Shown piece after piece: positions 10,263-19,122 of a stretch of 64,000 nt of DNA (positions are counted from its first letter, which is position 1; every line of letters starts with the position of its first letter). Source of the stretch: an uncultured delta proteobacterium (GTDB taxonomy: Bacteria; Myxococcota; Myxococcia; Myxococcales; Myxococcaceae); contig CAVZMH010000002.1 of the NCBI GenBank assembly GCA_963776345.1, positions 1 to 64,000 on the forward strand, written 5' to 3'. Position numbers and translations under genes: made by a program. Below the pieces are notes generated by a model. It searched no databases, was not told where the DNA came from, and saw nothing but the letters and a program-made list of their open reading frames with translations.

Positions 10263-13200
10263 TCAGCTCGGTCGGGACCGTCGCGCGGCAAACGCCAGAA
10301 CGACGAGAACGATCGGGGCGAGCGCGGCAGCCGGTTCACCCGTGCTCCCGCATCCGGAAGCGCCGGACCGGGGCCGGGTCGGAACGGACAGCGCGCTGCT
10401 CCGGGCGAGGGTGGCCCGCGCACTCGGGTCGCCGAGCAGGTGGAACGTGGCGCGAACGTCCGGGTCGGTCACGGTCCGCTTCGCCTTGAGCGTGGCCTCT
10501 CCGAGCGTCAGCCCGTCGTTCAGCACCGCGGAGAGCAGCGTCTTGCTCAGCAGCGGGTGCTCGATGGGAATCGTCGGGGCGGAGGACGCCCAAACTCCCC
10601 AGGCGCCACCGTTCGAGGTGCGGAGCAGCGCGGAGCCCAGGCTCTCGCGCCCGATGTCGATGAAGTAGGCGTTCAGGCAGGTCGCGGCAACGAAGAGCGC
10701 GCTCTTGCCGGTGCCGGCAAGCGCATCGGCGTCTGTCGTGGCGAGGATCCGGCCTCCCGTCCAGAAGTCCTCCGCACCGTGCCCCTGGTAGTCGACGGCG
10801 ACGGGGCCGCCGCGGAGCGCGTCGAGGAGCGCCGCGTGGGTGGCCGCGTCGAGGGCCTTCTGTTCCGGGTCGGTGCCCGTCCCACGGGCAATCTCCTGGA
10901 TCGTCCAGCCCGAGAGGGCGGCCTGCACCTCGGCAGAGGCCGCGGAGAAGGAGCTGATGCCGTCATGGTCGTGGACCATGAGCAGCGCATCGCTCGGCAC
11001 CGCGAGCCGGCGGCCCACGATCTTCGCCACTGCCGTGTCCATCTCGGCAGCGGTGGGCATCGGGAGCCGGCCGACCGCCAGGGCCGGCTCGGTCGCGCCG
11101 TCGAAGGTGACCAGCGCGTCGTCCGATGCCGTCAACGTCTCGAACTGGGGCGTCTGCGCCCAGATGAACATCGTCGGGACCTGATCGAGCTCGGGGTGCC
11201 CGAGCCAGCCACGGGGGTCGTAGGTCGCGGCGCCCGCAAGCAGCACGAACTGCGGTGCGGTGGACCAGTTCTGTGCGGCGTTCGCGAGGAAGGCACGGAT
11301 CGCCGTCGCGTCCTTCAGCCCCGCCGAGAACTCGTCGTAGACGTCCGCGATGTCGACGAGCGCGACCCGGAGACCCTCGCGGGTCCGCGCATCGGCGAGC
11401 GGTTGGAGGCTGGGGAGGAGCGTCCTGGGGCCGATGATGACCAGGTCCGCGCCGGGCGCGCTGTGCCAGCTGCTCGGGGTGTTGGCCACGACCGCAGGCG
11501 CGAGCACGTCCTGATCGCGGTAGGCGTAGAGGATCCGCGAGCCGCTCCCCGGGGCAGTGAGGGTTGCGGCGGAGGCGCCGGCGGTGGTCGGCACAGTCGA
11601 TGGCCTGACCACACTGGTAACGTCGAGCACGTGCGCGCCCGCGGCAAGCGTGCCCAGGAGCTGTACCAGCGCTCCGCCGGGAGCAGTGAACCGCAGCGGT
11701 CCGCTCATCGAATAATGGCGTGGATAGGTGAGCCGCTGCGAGAGCTCGACCGCGATCTCAGTCCCGGCGCGGCCAACGAGCGTGACGGTGTTGTCTCCAG
11801 CGAGCAGCGCCCCCGCCGGAAGGGTGAAGGTCGCCTTCGCAACGTCCTGGAAGACGCTCTGCACCGTTCCGACGGTCGTGCCGTTCACCTTGACGTCCAC
11901 GGCATGCGCCCCGTTGGTGAGGCCCTGGAGGCTGATCTCGAGGAGGGCAGGCTCCGCCGAGGTCAGATCGATGGCAGGGGTGGAGAAGGTCCGGTCCATC
12001 GGCTGGGTGAAGATGATGAACTTACCGAAGAACCCGCCTGTCTCCGGATTCTTGAGAGCGGGGATGTGCAGCGTCCGATCGCGGATCTCGAGCGTCTCGA
12101 GGAAGCTGGTGGCGGTCGAGCTCGGCTGGGCCGCCGGGGCGACATCGATGAACGTCGGCGTGCCCAGCCCGGCGGAAACCCAGTAAACGCGGGTGTCGGT
12201 GTAGCGGGTGTCGGCTGCCTGGCCGAAGAACTCGATCGCGTCACCGGGCTGCAGGGTGGTGCCGTTCGCGGAGAGAACGCGGAAGGCGACCTGCCGCCCG
12301 CCGGCCCAGAGCTGGATGGAGGACAGGGGCGTTCCCACCTGCAGCCCCGCGGCGAAGAGGGCGTCGGCGCCGACGTGGTACACCCCATCCTGACGGACGA
12401 GGAGCTTCACCGCGGAACTCGCGGCAACGACCCACTGCGACGCGAGGTTCCGGTCGTTCCACGACCGGCTGTAACCGGGAGGATCCACCGGAGTCCCCAT
12501 CGGCCCACGATCGGCCTGCAGCAAGTTCGCACCGAGGTTGGCCACGAGCGTCGCGTCCTGGATCTGCTTCCCGGAGAGCGTGCCCGAGCGAGACTGGACC
12601 GGGCCGAACCACTGGCTCTGGCCCTTCATGTCGATCGCCTCGAGCCAGTACTGCGCACCCGCGTACCCGTTGGCGTCGGTGAAGGCGTAGTTCCGGCCAG
12701 CGAGCAGGTCGCTCCCAGCGCGAAGAGCCGATCCGGCAATCAGGCCCGGGTTGATCTGCACGCGCCGTCCGCCCTCGTCGCGGTACACGCGGAACCCCAG
12801 GTTCCGGATCTCCGTTCCGGCCTCCCAGCTGATCCGGGTCACGCCCCGGCTAGTGACCGCGTCGAAGCCCGCGAGCTCCACCGCTGTCGCCCCGGGACCG
12901 ACCTTGAGCAGGACCTGCGAGGCGGTCACCTGGTAGTCGTACGAGAAGCCCGCCGGGAGGGTCCCGGTGCGCAGGGCGTTGTTCGTCACCGCCCCGGAGA
13001 AGTTGAACAGCGTGAAGGTGCCCTGACCGAAGCCGGTGCCCGCAGTGACGTCGAGCACGCCATCGAGCGTGAGGGCGCCGACGGTCGCGCTGGTCGACGT
13101 GGTGCCGAGGGTGAAGTTCAGGTTGGTGGTGTCCGCAAGGACAAGACCTCCGGTCGTCAGTGTCCCCGCGCCGCCCGACCCGGGCGTGAGGGTCGCGCCG

Positions 13201-14789
13201 GCGGCGACATTCGCACCGCCATTGACGGTGCCCGCTCCCTGAAGGAGGCCTCCCGCCGCAACGGAGACACCGGACGTGTTGAGCGTTCCGTCAACGGTCA
13301 GCGTGCCATTCGCTCCGATCGAGACCGCGCCTTCGCCTGTCAGAGTCCCGGTCACCGCGAGCGTTCCGCCGTTCGCGGCCATGGTGATGCCACCGGTGTG
13401 GGCTCCGCCGGTCGAGATCGTGAGCGTCCCTGCGCCGATCTTGGTCAGCGCGCCTGCGCCGGTGACTGCTCCGAGCGTGAGGTTGGTCCCCGTGTCGAGC
13501 GTCGTCGCCCCATTGAAGGTCGCAGTGCCGGTCAGGGTCTGAGGGGCGGTCCGAACCGCCCAGGTTCCACTGGTGAAGATGACGTTCGCCGGGAGCGAAC
13601 TGGAGTTGGTTTCCCAGGTCACCCCGTCCACGGTCAGGTCCACCGCGGGGAACGTGAACGCCGAGTTCAGCCGCACCGTGCCGGTCCCGTCGCCGCGGAA
13701 GAGCATCGGCAACGCTGTGTTGACCGAGGATCCGGCGCCCATGATGATCACGCCGCTCGCCCGCGGAGTCAGGACGAGGGTGCCCAGCGCACCCATGTCG
13801 AGCGTGCTGGTGTACGTCAGCGTGGCCCCGCTGTCCGCGCCAAGGATGGTTCCGGTTCCGGAGACCGATCCGTTGGAGATTGGCAAGCCGACGGTGTTGG
13901 TCTGCGCCACATGGAGGCCCTGGTCGAGCCCGGAGCCGCTCGGGTTCGTTCCAAGCGTTCTCAGGACCACCGTTCCAGCGCCCGACACCGGGCCGGCGAC
14001 CCAGAGCGCGGAGCCGGCGCTCGTCTTGGTGAGGGCGCCATTCAGAGTCAGCCCGCGAACGGTTACCACCGTTCCCGCAGCGCCGGTGAGGCCCCCGAGG
14101 GCGAGGTTGGTGCCCGCGTTGACGGTCAACGTCCCAAGCGTGTAGCGGTTGCCGCTCGTCTGACCGTTGATGGTTCCAGCGGCACCGTCAGCGACGACGG
14201 ACGTCGCGTAATCGGTGTTGTTGGGGGCGTTGAGATTGAGCGTTCCACTCGTGAGAGTGAACGCGCTCGACATCGCACCCGCGCTGTTCGCAAAGAGCGT
14301 CCCTCCGTTCCAGTCGATCGCGCTGAGCTGGGTATTGTCGCCCGAGAACGTGAAGGAGCCAGCGCCGGTCTTCGTGAGCGTGAATCCCGTGCCGACCAGG
14401 TTTCCGGCCATCGAATTCGCCCCACCTCCGATGCTCCAGGTCTGGCTGGCGGTCAGGATGATGGCCATCGTCGAGTCGAAGGTCAGGTTGCCGACGTTGC
14501 GGGTGAGTCCCCCCACGCCGATCCCGAGGACGCCACCGACGCTTGTGAAATTGGAGGTCGAGTTGACCGTCAACGAAAGCAGATCCCCGTCGATATCCAT
14601 GACGATCGTCGGGAGGCCGCTGAGCGTCACCAAGTCGCCCGGATTCGGAGGACCCGGAGGCGTCCAGTTGCTGGGGGTGCTCCAGTTGCTGTCCGTGGCC
14701 CCCGTCCACGTGAACGAACTCTGCGCCTGGGAGAACCCCCCAACCAGCAGGACCGTGACCAGCGCGGAACGAACGACGTGGCTTCTCAC
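10263..14789 (-). CDS. C25 (gingipain-family) cysteine peptidase with long beta-strand-repeat passenger and MYXO-CTERM-like anchor (copy A, ~1508 aa)
   Basis: The GTG start overlaps the NTase stop (GTGA). Signal peptide, LTKTGAG/LTKIGAGTL repeats, YQGHG and ATCLNAYF dyad, and tail GCGS..LAPIVLVVLAFAARRSR. Confidence 0.85.
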   Translation of the reverse strand: MRSHVVRSALVTVLLVGGFSQAQSSFTWTGATDSNWSTPSNWTPPGPPNPGDLVTLSGLPTIVMDIDGDLLSLTVNSTSNFTSVGGVLGIGVGGLTRNVGNLTFDSTMAIILTASQTWSIGGGANSMAGNLVGTGFTLTKTGAGSFTFSGDNTQLSAIDWNGGTLFANSAGAMSSAFTLTSGTLNLNAPNNTDYATSVVADGAAGTINGQTSGNRYTLGTLTVNAGTNLALGGLTGAAGTVVTVRGLTLNGALTKTSAGSALWVAGPVSGAGTVVLRTLGTNPSGSGLDQGLHVAQTNTVGLPISNGSVSGTGTILGADSGATLTYTSTLDMGALGTLVLTPRASGVIIMGAGSSVNTALPMLFRGDGTGTVRLNSAFTFPAVDLTVDGVTWETNSSSLPANVIFTSGTWAVRTAPQTLTGTATFNGATTLDTGTNLTLGAVTGAGALTKIGAGTLTISTGGAHTGGITMAANGGTLAVTGTLTGEGAVSIGANGTLTVDGTLNTSGVSVAAGGLLQGAGTVNGGANVAAGATLTPGSGGAGTLTTGGLVLADTTNLNFTLGTTSTSATVGALTLDGVLDVTAGTGFGQGTFTLFNFSGAVTNNALRTGTLPAGFSYDYQVTASQVLLKVGPGATAVELAGFDAVTSRGVTRISWEAGTEIRNLGFRVYRDEGGRRVQINPGLIAGSALRAGSDLLAGRNYAFTDANGYAGAQYWLEAIDMKGQSQWFGPVQSRSGTLSGKQIQDATLVANLGANLLQADRGPMGTPVDPPGYSRSWNDRNLASQWVVAASSAVKLLVRQDGVYHVGADALFAAGLQVGTPLSSIQLWAGGRQVAFRVLSANGTTLQPGDAIEFFGQAADTRYTDTRVYWVSAGLGTPTFIDVAPAAQPSSTATSFLETLEIRDRTLHIPALKNPETGGFFGKFIIFTQPMDRTFSTPAIDLTSAEPALLEISLQGLTNGAHAVDVKVNGTTVGTVQSVFQDVAKATFTLPAGALLAGDNTVTLVGRAGTEIAVELSQRLTYPRHYSMSGPLRFTAPGGALVQLLGTLAAGAHVLDVTSVVRPSTVPTTAGASAATLTAPGSGSRILYAYRDQDVLAPAVVANTPSSWHSAPGADLVIIGPRTLLPSLQPLADARTREGLRVALVDIADVYDEFSAGLKDATAIRAFLANAAQNWSTAPQFVLLAGAATYDPRGWLGHPELDQVPTMFIWAQTPQFETLTASDDALVTFDGATEPALAVGRLPMPTAAEMDTAVAKIVGRRLAVPSDALLMVHDHDGISSFSAASAEVQAALSGWTIQEIARGTGTDPEQKALDAATHAALLDALRGGPVAVDYQGHGAEDFWTGGRILATTDADALAGTGKSALFVAATCLNAYFIDIGRESLGSALLRTSNGGAWGVWASSAPTIPIEHPLLSKTLLSAVLNDGLTLGEATLKAKRTVTDPDVRATFHLLGDPSARATLARSSALSVPTRPRSGASGCGSTGEPAAALAPIVLVVLAFAARRSRPS

Positions 14790-15883
14790 GGCACAACCCC
14801 CTTGCCGACCGTCGCGAGCTGCGAGTCCAGGCCCACCCGCCAGCGAAGGTCTCGACGCGCGAAGTCCGCCGCACGGCGCAAGCACTCGGCCAGCTGCACG
14901 GCGACCCGTGGAACTGCGCGGAACGGCGCGCGTAGGTGGACGGTCGCGCTCACCGGATCCGGCCAGCGGTCGCGGAGCGCCCGGAGCGCGCCAGCCCAGC
15001 CCAGCTTTCTCAGCTCGTAGAGCGAGGGAGGCATGCTCTCGTACCCGTGAACCCAGCCGTGGAGAACCGCGCCGCGCAACCATCCGGGCACCGCCACCCT
15101 CGGTGTCCCCGTGGGAGGGCTTGCGCCGAGCAGTTCCTCTGCAAGCGCGACGGTCGCGAGCACGCCCTCGCTGAGGTGCGCGTCGCCAGCCAGGCATGTC
15201 TCCCAGGAGAAGTCCGGCGGGAGCGCCGCGAGCAGTACCGCGATGTCACAGAGCCACAGCGGTCGCCAGCCGCCATGGTGCAGCTGGTGGATGGCGACCA
15301 GCCGGAGGTGGTCCTCCCAGGACAGAACCCGAAACCTCGCCCGACCGAGTGACTCCGGGCGCGAACGCCCGAACAGCTCGGACTCGGTCCGATCCGGCAG
15401 ATAGCGGGCCAGCGTCTCGGGCGTGTCCACATCCGCGCGCGACTGGAGGTCCGAGCCAAGCGCGCGGAGGACGGCGCGGGCCCGCTCGGCCTCATCCACA
15501 CGAACGAGCAGGTCGAAGTCGCCGAACGGACGAAGCGCGCGGTGGGGGTAGAGCCGGGCGAGGCTCCACCCCTTGAAGAGGATGGGCTCGATCCCTGCCG
15601 CATTGAAATGAGCGAGGAGGTGGGGAAGGTCGCGTTCCTGTCTCGCCGCCGTGAGCGCGTGATGCTGGAAGGCAGCGCGGAGCGCCGCGAGCTCGGGAAC
15701 CGTTGCCAGCTCGGTCTCCCTGAGCCGCCACCAGGCGAGCCCACCGACACCCCCTGCGATCAGCCGCTCGATCCAACGCTGGAGGTCGACCTCCGGTCTC
15801 GCCACGGGCGGTGCGTCGGCTGCCCACGACCTCCAAAGCACGCCGGCGATGGCCAGCGCGAGCCGCTGCTCCGACTTCGTCAT
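14786..15883 (-). CDS. Nucleotidyltransferase family protein (NTP_transf_5-like)
   Basis: AGIEPILFKGWSLARLYP..LRPFGDFDLLV motif, plus EDHL..H..H and WLCD. Its ATG overlaps the upstream TGA. Confidence 0.85.
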   Translation of the reverse strand: MTKSEQRLALAIAGVLWRSWAADAPPVARPEVDLQRWIERLIAGGVGGLAWWRLRETELATVPELAALRAAFQHHALTAARQERDLPHLLAHFNAAGIEPILFKGWSLARLYPHRALRPFGDFDLLVRVDEAERARAVLRALGSDLQSRADVDTPETLARYLPDRTESELFGRSRPESLGRARFRVLSWEDHLRLVAIHQLHHGGWRPLWLCDIAVLLAALPPDFSWETCLAGDAHLSEGVLATVALAEELLGASPPTGTPRVAVPGWLRGAVLHGWVHGYESMPPSLYELRKLGWAGALRALRDRWPDPVSATVHLRAPFRAVPRVAVQLAECLRRAADFARRDLRWRVGLDSQLATVGKGVVP

Positions 15884-16347
15884 CCGCAAGTCCCGCCGTT
15901 CTCGTTGCAGCTGCCCGAGCAGCACGGCGTCGTGGGTGAACAGGCCGGCCCACCCGGCAGGCCCACCGTGCAGGCCGACGCCGCCTCCGCTGCCCGCGGG
16001 ACGGTGATCGCCAGGATCAGCGGGATCGCCACCAGGCCGGCACGAACCAGCCTGCGCCGCGACAGGTCGACGCCGGGCGACAGATCCTCCGGAACCGCCT
16101 CCAGCAGCCCCGCCTCGCCCATCTCGCGAAGCGTTCCGTTCACCAGCTCCGCCTCCAGCGCTGCATGGCGCGCGATCGCCGTGACGTCACGCGCGCCGTC
16201 GATCGACTCCCAGACGCGCGCTGCGGAAGGATTGAGGCAGAACGCCTTGTGCGTCGCCTCGACGTAGAGCAGGACTTCACCGTCGAGATGCTCGGTGACG
16301 AGCCCGCTCGGCTGGCGCCGCGGGACGAAGCCACTGGATGAGGCCAT
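15880..16347 (-). CDS. PqqD/RRE-domain protein fused to twin-Arg-like leader and Cys6 core peptide (copy A, 155 aa)
   Basis: Paralog of 9683..10150 with core ACTVGLPGGPACSPTTPCCSGSCNENGGTCG. Confidence 0.88.
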   Translation of the reverse strand: MASSSGFVPRRQPSGLVTEHLDGEVLLYVEATHKAFCLNPSAARVWESIDGARDVTAIARHAALEAELVNGTLREMGEAGLLEAVPEDLSPGVDLSRRRLVRAGLVAIPLILAITVPRAAEAASACTVGLPGGPACSPTTPCCSGSCNENGGTCG

Positions 16348-16353
16348 GCGCCG

Positions 16354-16359
16354 AGAGTA
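16354..16359 (-). promoter_or_regulatory. Putative -10 box (TACTCT) 6 nt before the ATG: leaderless promoter candidate
   Basis: TACTCT-cggcgc-ATG on the minus strand. Confidence 0.4.
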
Positions 16360-16653
16360 CCCCCCTCGTCAGCCGGGCAGCCAGCGGAACGAGGCCCCGA
16401 GAACTGGTCGTTGAGAGACCTGGCTCGCCGCCGCGGACACCCCGGTGCACCGGCACGGAGACAGGAACCGACACCTCTCGCCGTCCAGGACCCCAGACCA
16501 GCGCGGCGCGGTGCGCACGACCCTCGGCAACGACCTGCCCTGGGCGTGAAACGCTCCTTCAGCCGCGTTTGCAAACAACTGGCATTCTCCCTCCCCAGGG
16601 GGTCGTAAGCCCGCGATCTTCCAGGTGGCAGAGTCCTTGCTTCGTTCAGTGCA

Positions 16654-17952
16654 GTGCTTCTCTGCGCACCCTGGGTCCTGACCTCGCTTCTCGCCGCCAC
16701 CGCGGCGAGTCCGGAGTCACTCGACCTTTCCAGCTCCCCTTCAGACCTCGAGCTCGTCGCGGTGCTCTGGTCTCGTTCGCCGGACCTGGTCGCCGCCCGC
16801 GCGCGGCTCGGCCAGGCCGAGGCCGACGTCACCCGCTCCGAGGTCCTCCCCAATCCGGGCTTCGACTTCCAGTGGGGCACCCTCGCGCTCGGCCCCACCA
16901 ACCCGCCCGGCCTCGACAAGCTCGCCGACGTCCCCAACTACGCCTTCACCCTCAGCCAGCCGGTGGAGATCGGCAAGCGCGGACCCCGCAAGGCCGCCAG
17001 CCGCGCCAGCCGTGACGCCGCGGCGTTCGACGCGCTGGAGATGCTTCGCCAGCGCTGGTTCGACCTGCTGGAGCGCATCTCCGAGGTCGCCACCGCGGAG
17101 ATCCGCGTCGGGGCGCTCGACGAGACGGTGAGGGACGCGCAGCGCCTCGCTGATCTCCAGCTCGAGCGCCAGAAGCGCGGCGACATCGCCGGCCTCGACG
17201 TCGACCGGGCGGTGCTCGAGGCAGAGAAGTACGCCTCGAACCTCGGACAGGAGCGGGAGAGGCTCGCCACCGCGCTCCTCCTCTGCGCCCAGACCGTGGG
17301 CCTCCCCTGCCGCCCCTTCGGGAGCCCCGACGTGGCGCGCGCCTTCCTCGGCGCCCGGCTCGCCGCGAGCCCTCCGGCGCCGAACCTCGATCAGCGCCCC
17401 GACCTCCGCTCGCTCCAGGCGCAGGAGGCGGCCGCCCGGTCGAGCCTCACCCTCGCCGAGCGCCGCTGGATCCCCGACCCCACCTTCCGGCTGGGGTACG
17501 TGCTCGATCAGTTCGTCATCGCGGGCAACCAGCACCAGAGCCTGATGGTCGGGGTGAGCATCCCCCTGCCCTTCTTCGACCACGGCCAGGCCGACGCCAA
17601 GGCCGCAACGGCGATCGCCGAGGCCGCGGGCCAGGCGCGGCTCCTGCTCCAGGCGGCCAGCATCCGGGACCTCACCTCGCTCGAGCAACAGCGCATCAAC
17701 GCGCTCGCCCGACGCGCCCGGCTCCAGGACCGCACGCTGCCCCTCGCCCGCGACGTGGTGCAACGCCTGGAGAGCGCCGTGACCCGGGGCGGCGCACCGC
17801 TGCCGGACCTCCTGCTCGCGCGGCGGACGCTGGGAGACCTCCAGCTCGACGCCGCCGATCTGGATCTCTTCGCCTTCCACCTCACGGTGGCGCACGCCCG
17901 CGCCGCCGGGGAGCTGCCCCCCTTGCCGGAGAACGTTCCACATGTCCCTTGA
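16654..17952 (+). CDS. TolC/CzcC-family outer membrane efflux protein
   Basis: LPNP..SQPVEIGKRGPR, RPDLRSL, VGVSIPLPFFD; first gene of the RND triad. Confidence 0.85.
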   Translation: MLLCAPWVLTSLLAATAASPESLDLSSSPSDLELVAVLWSRSPDLVAARARLGQAEADVTRSEVLPNPGFDFQWGTLALGPTNPPGLDKLADVPNYAFTLSQPVEIGKRGPRKAASRASRDAAAFDALEMLRQRWFDLLERISEVATAEIRVGALDETVRDAQRLADLQLERQKRGDIAGLDVDRAVLEAEKYASNLGQERERLATALLLCAQTVGLPCRPFGSPDVARAFLGARLAASPPAPNLDQRPDLRSLQAQEAAARSSLTLAERRWIPDPTFRLGYVLDQFVIAGNQHQSLMVGVSIPLPFFDHGQADAKAATAIAEAAGQARLLLQAASIRDLTSLEQQRINALARRARLQDRTLPLARDVVQRLESAVTRGGAPLPDLLLARRTLGDLQLDAADLDLFAFHLTVAHARAAGELPPLPENVPHVP

Positions 17953-19120
17953 AGTCGGCTCCGCCATCCAGGGCTTCCGCCGGACCCGCCCCTCGCTGCT
18001 GGTGGGCGGCGGCGTCGCGCTGGTCGCTCTGATCTTCGCCAGCTGGCTCCTGCTCCGCACCCGCGAGACCGCCCCCGAGACCATCCATCGGCTCAGCGTG
18101 CAGGGGAACACCATCCACATTCCCGACCAGGCGCCGCAGTGGCGCTACGTGGAGCTCTCCGTCGCCAGCGAGGCCCCCCCGCTCCCGCCGCCACCGGTGC
18201 CCGGACGGGTGGGCTTCGACGAGAAGCGCACCGCCTCGCTCAGCGCCCCGCTCCCGGGCCGTGTGGAGCGGGTGCTGGTCCGGACCGGAGATCGGGTCCA
18301 GGAGGGCGACCGGATGTTCAACGTCCGCTCCGCTGCGTGGGCCGATCTGGAAAGGGAGATGGCGTCGGCCCGGGCCAACGTCGAGGTGAAGAAGCGCATC
18401 GCCGCGCGCACCCGCGAGCTGGTGGCCATCCGGGCAGCCCCGGAGAAGGACGCGCTCGCCGCGGAGGCGGACCTGCACGAGGCCGAGCTGGCCGCGCGCG
18501 CCTCGGCGGCCAAGCGGTCCTCGCTGCGCATCGCCCCCGAGGGAGACAACCTCTTCTGGGTCATCGCCCCGCGCTCCGGCACGGTGGTGGACCTGGACGT
18601 GGTGGCGAGCCAGGAGGTCCAGCCCTCGGGAGAACATCCGCTGGTGCGCATCTCCGAGCTGTCCGAGGTGCTGGTGCTGGCCGACGTCCAGGAGAGCGAC
18701 GCCTATGACCTCCACGTCGGCGGAGAGGTGACCATCCGCACCCGCGCGGGGAGCGTGACCCGGACGGGCACCATCGAGCGGATCTCCGAGGTGGTCGACC
18801 CGAAGCGGCGCACCGTCGAGCTGCGGATCCGCGCCGCCAACCAGGACCGCGCGCTCCGGCCCAACTCCTTCGTCGACGTCGAGCTCCAGTCCGACCCGTC
18901 GCAGAAGCGCATCCGCGTCCCCGCCGAGGCGGTGGTCACCGACGGCCAGAGCTCGGTGGTCTTCGTCTCTCGCGGCGAGGGGCAGCTGGAGCGAGTCGCC
19001 GTCACGCCCGGGCGACAGCGCGGCGGGGAGATCGAGCTGCGCTCCGGGCTGCAGCCCGGGAGCCGCTTCGTGAGCAAGGGTGCCATCCTGCTCTTGAACC
19101 AGCTCGAGCTGGAGCACTGA
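17942..19120 (+). CDS. RND efflux periplasmic adaptor (CzcB-like)
   Basis: N-terminal TM, PGRVERVLVRTGDRVQEG, APRSGTVV, VDPKRRTV, LRPNSFV. Confidence 0.9.
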   Translation: MSLEVGSAIQGFRRTRPSLLVGGGVALVALIFASWLLLRTRETAPETIHRLSVQGNTIHIPDQAPQWRYVELSVASEAPPLPPPPVPGRVGFDEKRTASLSAPLPGRVERVLVRTGDRVQEGDRMFNVRSAAWADLEREMASARANVEVKKRIAARTRELVAIRAAPEKDALAAEADLHEAELAARASAAKRSSLRIAPEGDNLFWVIAPRSGTVVDLDVVASQEVQPSGEHPLVRISELSEVLVLADVQESDAYDLHVGGEVTIRTRAGSVTRTGTIERISEVVDPKRRTVELRIRAANQDRALRPNSFVDVELQSDPSQKRIRVPAEAVVTDGQSSVVFVSRGEGQLERVAVTPGRQRGGEIELRSGLQPGSRFVSKGAILLLNQLELEH

Positions 19121-19122
19121 CC

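Noticed and set aside
10440..15020. 1526-aa plus-strand ORF (likewise 18703..22206, most of 50526..55790, 59160..62102)
   Set aside because: Shadow or alternative-frame ORFs of real genes in high-GC DNA; Arg/Gly/Pro-rich with no motifs.
9683..16347. Lasso peptide or PQQ biosynthesis cluster
   Set aside because: No asparagine-synthetase-like cyclase, B2 protease or pqqBCE is visible. The core is a Cys6 peptide, not a lasso or PqqA precursor.
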